A DNA stretch of 63,890 nt, counting the filler, from Bigelowiella natans CCMP2755 (lineage: Eukaryota > Protista > Cercozoa), in the NCBI GenBank assembly GCA_000320545.1. It is 5 parts of 5 records of this genome, joined end to end, with 100 filler letters (N's around TTAATTAATTAA, not from the genome) between each part and the next. Parts side by side here need not be neighbours in the genome. Positions count along the whole stretch, not along the records: positions 32,242 to 56,904 come from ADNK01003492.1; 4 more parts are not named here. One strand, 5' to 3'. The position numbers and the translations under genes were made by a program. The stretch's first letter is position 1. Every line of letters begins with the position of its first letter. The notes below the pieces were generated by a model. The model was not told the origin of the DNA, did no database searches, and saw only the letters and a list, made by a program, of their open reading frames with translations. Of this stretch, positions 38,523-51,390 are shown piece after piece.

Positions 38523-39069
38523 ACAGCACGAATACTACTTCGATGATGGTGATGATGATGACAATGTCGGAATAGTAATAAAATTGCTGTGTTTGTACAT
38601 CGAGTACTAACATTGTTGTAATTCTACATCGATGATACTTCTCTCACATCTTTTGTCTGGCCTCATCACATTTGTTCGTATTGTATAAGTGATAAAGAAA
38701 GAATGCAAAGATTGATTGCACTAAGGGGTCAACAACTCAGAGAGGTGGTGGTGAGAAATAATAATAATAAAATAATGAAAAGAATAATAGAAGAAGATAT
38801 CAAAATGGTAATAGTAATGGGAAGGTATGATACGGACACATACACCACTTTACGTAATTATGGTCATATCAAATCATCCTTGTTTGCTTTCATCTGTTCC
38901 AACTCCTCGTCTCAATTTCTCCATCTCTTCTCTTGCAAGATACGGATAATTTCTTAGTTTGTTCTTCTTCTTTTTATGGTTGTTTCAGTACCAGCACCTG
39001 ATCCTTGAGAAGGAGGCTAAAGTCGAAGAGACTTTGTTGGTAGTGACGACTAGTACTATTGCACTTATA

Positions 39070-39100
<31 letters not shown>

Positions 39101-39548
39101 ACTATTACTTACTATTACTACTTACTTCTGGTACTTACTGCTACTACTATTATTGAGATTATGCATGCTTCTTCCTCTCCTTCTTCAGAAACTACGATTC
39201 CTGGTCTATAAGTTTATGTTCCGTGCAAAGAGATCATTTGAAGGAGAAGATGATCGTCCTGAAAATGCTTTAAGAGCAACCCTTCTAACAAGGAAAGTTA
39301 TGAACACTGACCAATATAAGGAATCATTATACGATAATACTGCTGCTGCTGCTACTGCTGCTGCTTCAAGAGGTCCAAGTATGAGTTATGAGCTTTTTAG
39401 ACAGATAGTAAAATATAAGGGCGATTTACACCCAAGGGATAAAGAACAAATAAATAAAGAATTAAAAATACATACAACATTAGAGATACAGGAAATCGTT
39501 TCTCAAGGTGTAAAAGAATTCATTCCAGAGCTCGCAGGTGTGTTGTAG
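35026..39548 (+). CDS. Multi-exon protein of unknown function, partly coiled-coil
   Basis: Coding-like exons between microsatellite introns (LKDNLQAARQELEYYRNFSSFLMEK; last exon KLRFLVYKFMFRAKR...ELAGVL*). Boundaries uncertain. Confidence 0.45.
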
Positions 39549-41400
39549 CTGTGGCTACATCAGTAGGAATGGATTCCCAATATCAACCATCGTTGTGTGA
39601 TGAGCCGCCAAATTGCAAGATGTAATACAATGGCTATTAGCACATGAACAAATCACTGTCTAACAATGATAATAGACGCATTGCGTTCAAATCACAACCA
39701 CTGTCTAATGACAATAGACAAATTGCGTTCACATCATAACCACTGTCTAACAATGATGGACAAATTGCGTTCACATCATGACCATTGCTAGCTGTAATTA
39801 ATGGCAGCAGGTGCAAGGCGTAGGAGCCGCATCATTTTGAATGTGAATTGCACACAGTTGCAAATTCCCATGGCTTGTTGCATCACATCACAACACTCAT
39901 CATCCAAACAACAATGAAGGGGCCAGGGATGCATGGACACACAGCATGCATGTCTGCTGCTCATTGGCACGCATGCGACATGCCATCATCTAGTCATGCC
40001 AGCATGGCACGCATGGCTGCCCTGCTCTCGCGTTGCTAGCGGCGCATTGAGCACCAGATCTTTCATGCAGTTCACGAATGATAAACTACATGATGTCACA
40101 TTTTCACTGTGCACGAGTGTTTTTGACAACGTGTTGTCACAAACATGGTGTGATTGCCAGGGATGCACATTTGATGTTGTCGTGCATGTTGGCACACGTG
40201 TAATGTGCAATGCGCCAGAGCTAATTGTGCGCAAATGCTAACCACACGGTGAACAAGCTAGACGACGACATGGAATGACGAAGCGAAATGTGAACTGTGT
40301 TCGATCGGACAAATGATGTGATGTTCGATCACAAGCAACACATCGTTTGGGCTTGCTAGCTTGTAGCTTGCTTTTGGTTGTCTAGCTAGTTGGTTGTGTG
40401 CACATTGCACGTGTTGATTGACGATTTTGTCAAAAAAATGATGCAAGTCTCACAATCTCTAGATCTGCACGTGCGTCGCGACGCATGCATGATGCATGTG
40501 TGATGTCATGCACTTGAGTGCACTGCAGTGCATGTAGCAGCGGTGGTCTTGTTTTGTCGACTGCATCTCTGTGCATGCACAACCAGCACAAACCGTGCAA
40601 CACTCAGATCAACTCTGGGTGCAGCAGCATGCTAGCATGCAACGCGACACCACACTCACCAAGTGACGCTTGAAAACTTGTTCGAACGTGACGAGAAACA
40701 ACGTTCGAGCAAGTTTCAGGGCGCGCGCGCATGCATTTCCTGCTTTGCATGCTTTTTTGCATGTTTTTTGGTCATTTTTCCAACAGTAACCCTCAGATTT
40801 GGAAAATTCTCACGCTGTTTTGAACACGAATGGGATGGCTCGATTCAGCGACACGCAAACGTGCAATTGAGCATCGCGCACACTTTTGGCAAACCAATGC
40901 TGCGCACGGTTTGAGTTTCGGAGCAAAAAAATGTTTTTTTGAGAATGAACGTCGCGTTGCAAAAAAATTTCAAAATCGAGTTTTTGCACCTTTTGCGCGC
41001 GTCAATTTCAAACACAACGCAAAAGGGTGTTTGAGCGTATTGGAAGCCAGCAGAAGCTCGTCAGAGTCCACCAGAGTGCATTGTTCGCAATGCATGGCAA
41101 TGTTCTTGTTTTCTTGTGGTTTTCCAAGCTTTTTGATGAAATTTTTCATGGTGCGGCCGCCATGCTCGCAGAGCCGATGTTGCAAGTTTCTGCTGGTTGT
41201 GAAGGTGTTTGGGCGCACTGGAAGCCACCAGGAGCTCGTCAGAGTCCACCGGAGTGCACATGCAATGCATGGAATGTTTTTTTGTGGGTTTCCAAGCTTT
41301 TTGATGAAATTTGGTGCGACCACATGCTCGCAAAGCCGATGTTGCAAGTTTCTGCTAGTTGTGTGTGCAGTGCATTTGTCCATGCATGTTGAGAGAAGAG
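39544..41400. mobile_element. Decayed repeat/TE island, TpA-depleted, with internal tandem repeats
   Basis: Begins tgtagctgtggctacatcag, similar to the 9431 inverted-repeat arm. Three ~45-bp tandem copies at 39650-39785 and two ~170-bp copies at 41041-41365. Confidence 0.6.
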
Positions 41401-41508
41401 TTAATTTTGCACAAAGGCCACGTGCATTGCGTGGCGTGTTGTGTGCTGACTGTCCATCATCTTTTGTTTTTTGCTGAAGCTGCTACGATTTTGTTCTTGA
41501 TGTCTGCA

Positions 41509-41963
41509 TCATTTCTTGGTCTTTCCTAAAGTGTTTCAAAGACATTGTGTGTGAAAGAGGTAAACAATTAACCACAAATGAATAACTTTGCATCATGAAT
41601 TATGTGCATCGACTTCTTAAATGGCTGTGCAGTGTTTGTCATCATCGATATGAATTTGCTACTCCATTTTCATACCGCCTACTATCACAAGATGATGGCA
41701 CCATCACTCACCATCAGGTATCTTGATTAGATCGATTTTGATTCTTCTTGTGCTGCTGCTATTTGTAATGGTACGTTCAATAGCATCTACCCTGTAGAAA
41801 CCCCATCGCTCCTGCATCAGTCACACGATTGACACAGTATCATAATACCATCATGGTACAGAAAATGTATATATTAAGTATTGATTTTTCTCTTTTATAA
41901 GCACATTATGCCCGTCGCTCTTCGCAAATTATTACTGATAGTGATGCTGCTATTATCTCTCTT

Positions 41964-41999
<36 letters not shown>

Positions 42000-42292
42000 G
42001 AACAATAAACATTAGTACTCAAACGTTCATCAATGCACAGAACCCCCCTCACCCCTTAAAATAAGATAGTGAATAGCTACTCCATACTAGCTGAATCGTT
42101 GTATTTCTAGGAATAAATTCTAGATTTGGATCTCCAATCGCCGTTGTTTGCTTCGTATCTGATCAGTGATGGTGATGATGATGATAATGGAAGATGTATG
42201 ATGAAAAGATCATTATGAAACGAAATTGGGTATGGCCTGGCATATAATTGCAAGTACATAACCGAATATATGAACACACACACACATACACA

Positions 42293-42334
<42 letters not shown>

Positions 42335-42607
42335 TGGTGATGGTCAAAAGGCAACGAAACATGATAATGATCTTCTTTTACTTTTGATATAATTGAGAAT
42401 ACTACTCAAAAGACAAGAACATATTGTTTAAGTTGCAATTGGTACTTCTTTACTAAACCGAATCTAATGCTACGAATGAGTTTACATACAGTATCACGTT
42501 CTCACTACCATTATTGATGAAATCATCAATTTGATCCCCGTCTTCAATCTTATTATACATTAGAATGTAAGATGATAAACGGTTGCGGGAATCAGAAGAG
42601 AGTATTC

Positions 42608-42651
<44 letters not shown>

Positions 42652-44155
42652 ATGAACACCAGAACATGAAATACTATGTACCCGTAAGAACATCAACACA
42701 GCAAATACGATGTATCCATTAGTAGCTGTTACTATCTTTTACGATGATACAATACCTTGTCTTTTGTAAGAAGAGGACCGTAATCCTTCATTATTAGCTG
42801 CACGATCGCTGGCTGATGAAGCAGAAATAGTCGCTCGATTTTAATGAAACAATCGTATATCATATCAATTATGTTCAGTATCATCATAATCCCTGTCATA
42901 ATACTATTAATTGTTGTTTATGCAAAGGTGACAATTCAAGCAGTAGTAAGTAATAGAAGAAGCAAAGCAGTAGTAGCGGCAAATCACCTCGTCATCGCTA
43001 TCATCATCTCCTCCTTCTCCTTCTCTGTTTGTTTGTCCAATGCATCGTGGTCGGAGCCATTGAATCTTTCGTTTTGTCCGCTTAAAATCTCCTGAATTTA
43101 TTGTTTGAGGTAAGTTAGCGAGAGCAAATCTCTTGAATTAATTGTAGAGGTAAGTAAGTATGAAGAGCGGCCGAACTCATACACAATATAAACAGAAATA
43201 GTATCATCGAAGGAAATTTGCGTAGAAAAATGAAGTTTTTCCTATAAAATATTATAATTATATGTATTGCTACTACTAAACGTTCTACCTGTTAAGTTTA
43301 ATGTAGCTCGAATCTCTGTAACGATACTACTACTGCTACCACTAACACTGGAATCACCATCCTCTCTAAGAGTAGGAGACGAAGGCAACATAAGAACAAC
43401 CAACCATCCGCCACCAACACAATATCTAAAGTAGTGTATGATGAATCGAAAGGTGATACGCAAACAATTACTAAGCAGCAGCCAGCAAAAAGCCATCAAA
43501 TACATCAAGCGATAACATCATCATCATCATCACCATCATATACACATACTGTACATACATAATATAGTAGCACCAAATCATCATCATCATCATCATTATC
43601 ATCATCATCATTGCATCAGCCTAGGAAAGACAACAAATGATACACCTTTCTTCATTATCGGCCCTCCTCCTGGTGATATTGTTAATGACAATATTGGCTC
43701 TACTCATTAGGGTAAGTTCCTCTCCTAACGAAATATTGCAAAAAAAAAGATTATCATTGTATACTTCAGTCTTTTTCGATATATGAAGGCTGCTTAGCCA
43801 AGAGCACATAAAATGATGATGAAATTAATACACTCACAGCACCGATAAAAGATTCGTTTGCATCACGTTGATCGATGTACACAATAGGTGTGAAATGAAG
43901 GGTCTGATTGGGAGAAGAAGAAAGATTATGAAATTGATTGATGAAACACAGAAGGACAATATAATATGATCTTCTTCTTCTTCTTCTTCTTCTTCTTCGC
44001 AATTGGTGAGTATCCTTCCAAACTATGCATGAACTACCTACCTCTGTCAACATAACAATTATAACAATTATAACCAATAAAACTATGAACCTCCCCTCCC
44101 TCCGTCAACATAACAATAATAACAAATAAAACTACATTTTCATCATGTTGAAGCA

Positions 44156-44198
<43 letters not shown>

Positions 44199-44652
44199 AT
44201 ATATATATATTTAATGTCATAGGTCCAATTATCTATCGATGGATCATATACTCATCGTAAAGTAGCAATTACACTACTACTACTACTACTACTACTACTA
44301 CATCAACAACAACAACTTCTGCTTCGTCGTGTTGTTTATCATCATCATCATCATCAATATCATCATCCTTTATATCATCAATCCAACCTTGTTGCTTCGG
44401 CCTCCTACTGTTAAATCTTGAAACTTACGATGTAATGGTACAACCTTGTTCCTTGGCTCTTTGGCCCCTCCATCAAGCACCACACGAACACTTTAGATAG
44501 AGAGATATATAGTAGTAGTTGTAGTGGTAGTAGTAGTAGTAGTACGACAATAATAACACATAAGAATCAGAAATTGAAAGAGAGTAATAAATAATACTAG
44601 TGAGTGAGGAAATTCAAATCACTGACAAAAAATGTAACACACACACACACAC

Positions 44653-44686
<34 letters not shown>

Positions 44687-44769
44687 ACAACAACAACGAA
44701 GTGTAAGTTGTTCCATGGCAGGATGATCGTGAGTAGCAGCATAATATTACTACATGAAGGAGCAGCAGA

Positions 44770-44809
<40 letters not shown>

Positions 44810-45214
44810 CAGACTGAACGATTACTACATATCTACAGGTAACAATCATCAATGGCCCAAAATCCTACATATCTACGTACGGGTAACGATCATCAATGGC
44901 CCAAAATCGAGGAGCTTTTGAGTCGATATGCTGACGATTGATTGCCCACAATTTTTCCCATTCCTGATGCATGTATTTCTTCTCATTAAGGGTTTTATAA
45001 AAGCATTATCATTGATAATCCAGTGATGATGATGATGATAATGATGATGGTGACTGTGAAGATGCAGTATCATCTGAAACAGCAATCACCATTTTTGAAA
45101 CAATAATAATGGTAGTAGCAAAACCATTGCGACAACTTGGAACAAGAAATAAATGATAATATTAAGAATGAGAGAATTGTTGTCCCCGTGTTACTACTAG
45201 TACTAGTGCTACCA

Positions 45215-45254
<40 letters not shown>

Positions 45255-45643
45255 AGCAGTCGCTACTACGACTACTTGAACTCCTAGTACTAATACTAGT
45301 ATTACCATAAAATTCACAGCTTTGCTAGCACCCATTCTTATCATAAAATCACGTAGTGCTGCAGGATCTAACCCCTGTCGGATAATGCTTACCAACAACA
45401 ACAACAACAACAACAACAGAGCAGCAGCAGCATTACAGAAGAAAAATAAGTTCAATCATCATCATCATCATCATCATCATCATAGTATTATTATTATTAT
45501 TATTATTATCATTAATATCATTACTATTACTAGTTGTTGTTGTGGTAGTAGTAATAGTGGTAATGTAGTAGTAGTAATAGTAGTAGTAGCAGTTGTTGTT
45601 TTGGTTGTGTTGTGGGGTAGTAATAGTGGTATTGCGTGTCGTT

Positions 45644-45678
<35 letters not shown>

Positions 45679-46204
45679 ACATTCGCACTATCTGTAGTAG
45701 AGTAGTATATGATGAAGAATGACTACAGTATCTATGGTATGAGCACAAATGATGATGACGATGGATGTTGATCCATCTTCTTCTTCTTCTTCTTCTTCTA
45801 CTACTACTACTACTACCACTACACTTCTACTACTACTTACCCTTGAATCGTAGGCATTCTAGGATCATCCCACCCAGATACCATCTCGAAAGAAGAGGGG
45901 GGGGTGAGGAAGAGCAGGAATAGAGACAAACAACGCATCGAGAATCATGAACGACAATGGCAATGATAATGATTATGATGATGATTATACTCATCACAAT
46001 AAGCTTCTATAACAACAAGCGAACAACAACACATTGCTCACCATTTTATATTCTATTCTTCATATTCTTCATATGTATCGTAACACATGAATATAAGCAG
46101 GGCAAAAACCGCGGAGGCGAAAGAAACATAAGTGTTTGTTGTTATATGTGTTTGTTGAGTTGCTTCTGCTTCTTCTTCTTCTTCTTCTTCTTCTTCTTCT
46201 TCTT

Positions 46205-46240
<36 letters not shown>

Positions 46241-46942
46241 ACTGCGACAACTCAATGATGACGGTAGTCTTATCCAACACTTAACAACAGTAATAGCATC
46301 ATCATCATCATCATCACTTATTCACTACTATAACTGAGCGTATCATCATCATCCTCACTCACTCACTCACTCACTCACTCACTCAATATGACAGAGCGTG
46401 TTCCTGATTAAATTTGAACCCTCTTCCTTCCTTCCTTCCCCCCCCCTTTCTGTTTTGATGATGCTAGAGTTACTACTACTACTACTACTACTACTACTAC
46501 CTTCTTAGCAACCAGATATGCTAATTTGCGCTTGCTTAGAACCGTTCGAGTGAAGCATATTTTGCTGATAATGTTAAACAATATTCATATAATACTACTA
46601 CTAAATACTTTTATCTGTTCTTATATTTATCATGCACGTGTTTTACAACTACTTTCATCACCACTAAATTATTATTATTATTGTTATTATTTGTTGTTTT
46701 TGTTGTTGTTGATGAGATACATACTACTACTTCTACTACTGAATATTGTGTTCTTGCCTGTAATCGTAGAGAAGCACAGGTCTTAGTCCAAGTGTCTGTT
46801 GGATCCACTGATCATCGACAACGACGAAACAATATCACCATATCATATTATTAGGGTATTATCATTTATTATTGATATGATTATTATCTAAGAAAATAAG
46901 ATTATGTCTCACTAGAAACTATAACGAAGGCTGTAAGATATT

Positions 46943-46979
<37 letters not shown>

Positions 46980-47028
46980 TACATATTGTATGCATTTATT
47001 CAATTGTGGCGCTTGATATGGCTGCTAT

Positions 47029-47073
<45 letters not shown>

Positions 47074-47489
47074 TGGCGACAATAATCCAGCAGCAAGTCT
47101 CTCTATAACGAACTGGTAGCACCCACACTATCACCATCATCATCATCATCATCATCATCACCACCACCACCTTGTACTGCTTGTCTCTGTCACGATATTC
47201 AGATGTGCGAAGGGCATGAGTAACCCCTTCCAATGCTAATGATATTGATAATGATTGATTTTGTAATGGTCATATCAGTTGATCCTACGAGAATAAGAAC
47301 AACTCACTATGGAACAAGATGTTCTTTCACATTAACGATGGTGTATCATATACTACATCTACTAATAATATACATAGAAGAAGATGTATCATGTACTGCA
47401 TTTACCAATAATAGACGTAGAAGAAGAAGAAGAAAAAGAAGAAGAAGAGATATGGATATCAGGAGTAAATATACTATATCTCTTTTACC

Positions 47490-47528
<39 letters not shown>

Positions 47529-47976
47529 TATTCATGAATGACAATATTGTAGTAGTATAGCATCGACTCACAGTCAACGACAGGGCAGCAAAAGTCGTAA
47601 GTAGGAAAGGCCTGTTGTTGTTGTTGTTATTGTTACAATGAGAGAGAATATATGAAAATTATAGTAACGAAAGAAATAATTTAATGATAACAAGTATTAA
47701 TCAGAAGTCTTAAGTCGTGCAGTAGGATCAGACAGTAACACTCTCTGTTCCAATGCATGCGACAATGTATACTTATATTGGTTGTAATGCTAGAATTGAT
47801 GATGAAAATGACATCAATGGTGAGAATGATGAGGTGGAGAAATAGGAAAGAAGGATGTTGGAAATAGTTCAAATGATGCAGAATTAGGAGATAATAGAGT
47901 TGGGTCTGCAGAATTAGGAGATAATAGAGTTGGGGCTGTTGTTCAACAAAGTTCATTGTGTGCGTATGTATATATA

Positions 47977-48036
<60 letters not shown>

Positions 48037-48370
48037 GTGTGTGTGTGTGTGTGTTAGGTCGGGGCTTGGTGTTGCTATATCTCCGAACGGCAATAGGTTG
48101 TACTGTGTAGGCGGTTTTGATGGCCAGCAACTTTCCAAGGTGGAGGAGCTTGATCATCATCATCACACTTGTCCTCCTCTCCCTCCTTAGACTGCTGGTT
48201 TTCCTCCTCTATTCCTTCTTCTTTTTCCTCATCATGCAGGGGTAGACTTGTTGTTGTGTTATAGTTCTTTGGATCATTAATCTCATTACCATTACTACTA
48301 CTACTCTTATTAGTCGGAACTGGCAGTATTCGCATCAATACAGGATCTCGACAAGCCTTATTTGTATCCT

Positions 48371-48407
<37 letters not shown>

Positions 48408-48635
48408 GAATGAAGTGTAGTATTACCATACATATTGGTATTAGTGTCATTTATTCATTGTTGCCCACCACCACCACCACCATGATGTTGGAGTTTGTTC
48501 CTTTTCGTGGAATTCCAAGGGCGGATTAGTATTATGATTCTTATTACTTTTACTATCAATTTCCATTGCACGATGCTACTGTAAGTCACACAGCAGTTAT
48601 AATAATTGATTCTTTATTGTAAGAAACTATTACTT

Positions 48636-48669
<34 letters not shown>

Positions 48670-49764
48670 AAGCCGTATAATGCAACCACCTTCATATTCA
48701 TTTTAGCTCTCACAACGCATTTTCGTCCTATCTTACTTCCCTAATGATATCCCATACATATATACACAACATATACGCACACACACACACACACACACAT
48801 CATGTAAGTCGTTAGCAAATATAGTATCGTACTATTTTGTCAAAAACGATTGATTCATCAAGGTAATAAGCGCACCGTTGTATTATTATTATCATTCTTA
48901 TTATTATCAAAGGTTAGTACTGCTATTTAGGTTCTGATATGTCAATACATATAAATATCACACATATATAGGACCAGTACAACCAAGACGACAACGACCC
49001 ATCACCTCGTTCATGTGTTTGAATAATCTTAGATTTTCTTCAACTGTATTGGTACGGCACTTGGATTCGATACCCTTTGTTATGTGTTGTTATTAGTCAT
49101 AATGTTATTGTTTATTATTGCTCTTATTCTTATTATCACACCATTAGCTTACAAATTTAAAATTATTTATATCAAACATCCTGGAAGGCTTAAATATTCT
49201 TTCTTATAGAAAGGCGTTGATGACATGAGCTTCGCTATGGTTGGTGGTATACGTCTTTTGAAGAGGAAAAAGAAGTACAAAAAGAACAAGTAAAAAATCG
49301 TTCTTCCTTGCTATATTATTCAATGACTACATTCATTCTTTCTAGTTTGAGGGTATCCTGCGGAGTATTGTCCACATAAGCGTTTCCCTCCTGTATATCG
49401 ATCATCAATACAACATATCCATCCATCTTTTTATATATCATCATTATAACATATTCATCCATCTGTATATCGATCATCAATATAACATATCCATCCATCT
49501 TTAAGACAGATCTTCTGGGCTTGTTACGTTTGTCGATTAAAAACAACGATCACGGCTACGCAGTTATTACTACTATCGACACTACATTCTTCTTCTTAAC
49601 CTGTTCCTATATGTATGTTTATTATATGCTTTGATTTACTTGTAGAAGACGTAAAATCAGACTGGAGAACTGCTTTGCATAATCGCTTGATCGAGAGCGT
49701 ATATCTGGTCTTATCTATTAGTAGTTCATTGAATGATGGTGCTGCTACGGCCAGGAAATATTTC

Positions 49765-49810
<46 letters not shown>

Positions 49811-50820
49811 AAATTGTTACTACTTACCCCGAGAGAGGACAAATCATTGTAGATCTGTGATTCATACGACTGTCGTTCCAAAACAGGATTCGTGTTGTCC
49901 AGTCGAAATATCAAGGTGCCGTTATGCTTACGAGCGAAGTATTCGTTCAGCAGCGCCGCCTTGAGAATAGAAAAATATCCATTCAATGGAAATGACGATG
50001 TGTATGTAGTAGACCCAAAACGAACATTGACGACTACATTGGTGGGCAACGGTAATAAATATGATCCCCCCCCCCCACCCCAATAAATACATACCTTTGC
50101 ATGGCCTATGTGAAGCATTCCGTTAGGTTCTGGTGGAAATCGAGTCACAACTTGGCCATTTACTGCACCTGATGATAATGATGATGATGATGACTATTGA
50201 TGATAACCATTGATGATAATATTGATTTAGCACCAGCAGCGGCGGAACAAATACTTAGCTTAGATACAGGGGCGTTGATAGGCATCTTCCCAACATAATA
50301 GCAGAAAGCATTTAGGAGAAAAAGAACAAACAACAACCCAATCACAATCACCATCACCACCTGGGAGGTTAAGAGCCCCTTGATCCCTCTTGGCTTTGTC
50401 TTTGAGGCGGATGAGGAGCCGACCAGTTGTAGTAGCAGCACTTTGCTTACTTTTAGGTGAATTATTATTACTACTACTTCTTGCTCTACTACTACCACAG
50501 CCATCGCTGCTACTGATGATCGTCGCATGAAGAAGATGATGACAATCATCACGATGCTGCTGATGATGATCATGATGCGAGTAGCAGTGTCCTTCAAATG
50601 GATAATAGCGAGAAGAAGATATATCTTGAAGGCCAAGTGTAGTAGCGGTAAATAACAACACAAGAAAGAAGAAAAGGTGGTTTCGATATCCTCCTACTGC
50701 TGCCTTTTGATGCCTCTTCTTGTGCCCCTTTTCTTCCTCCTCCTCCTGATCCCCCATGCCGCCGAATGTGGTCCTCTTTCTGCACATTAGTAGGCTCCTC
50801 CTTCTCCCCCCCCTCCTCAT
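41509..50820 (-). CDS. Eukaryote (cytosolic)-type glutamyl-tRNA synthetase with an N-terminal signal + transit-like extension; many microsatellite introns
   Basis: Exons read [96 protein letters not shown]/KTKK*. Start codon uncertain. Confidence 0.9.
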
Positions 50821-50875
50821 TACTGTGACATGTGAAACACAGAAGACAGTTGAGATGCTCACAGGCAGCAGGCAA

Positions 50876-50931
50876 CAGGGGGGTGGGTCGTGTCTGTCGG
50901 TCTGTCGGTCCTAGTTCGTCGTCTCCCAGCC

Positions 50932-50985
<54 letters not shown>

Positions 50986-51130
50986 ATCCAGGGGGTGGGT
51001 CGTGTCTGTCGGTCCTCGTCGTCTCCCAGCCGTCTCTCTCACTCTCTCTTTCCCAATCTAGGGGGTGGGTCGTGTCTGTCGGTCCTCGTCGTCTCCCAGC
51101 CGTCTCTCTCTCTCTCTTTTTCCCAATCCA
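50876..51130. repeat. Three tandem ~60-110-bp units containing (TC)n, between divergent genes
   Basis: gggggtgggtcgtgtctgtcggtcct...cgtcgtctcccagccg(tc)n ttcccaatc repeated three times. Confidence 0.9.
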
Positions 51131-51390
51131 ACCTAGCATGTTTTAAGCTTGCATTTTTTCCTAATATTTTCATCCAATTTGGTCACGAAAAGTGATTGTT
51201 TTGTTGTCGCAGCAAAGGCTTTGCCTGCATTTCTTGACGACAAATGGGAATATACTCCCTCCCCCTCCTCTACCGATAAACTGAAATGGACTCTATTATA
51301 TCTGGCATTACTCGATGTGGTTCCCCATTACATCTCAAATATTAGACAGATACACTCTTAAATTATTTGATAGTCGCCTTCATTTCTGAG

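Noticed and set aside
42800-49000. Many short poly-amino-acid ORFs
   Set aside because: They derive from trinucleotide microsatellites in GluRS introns.
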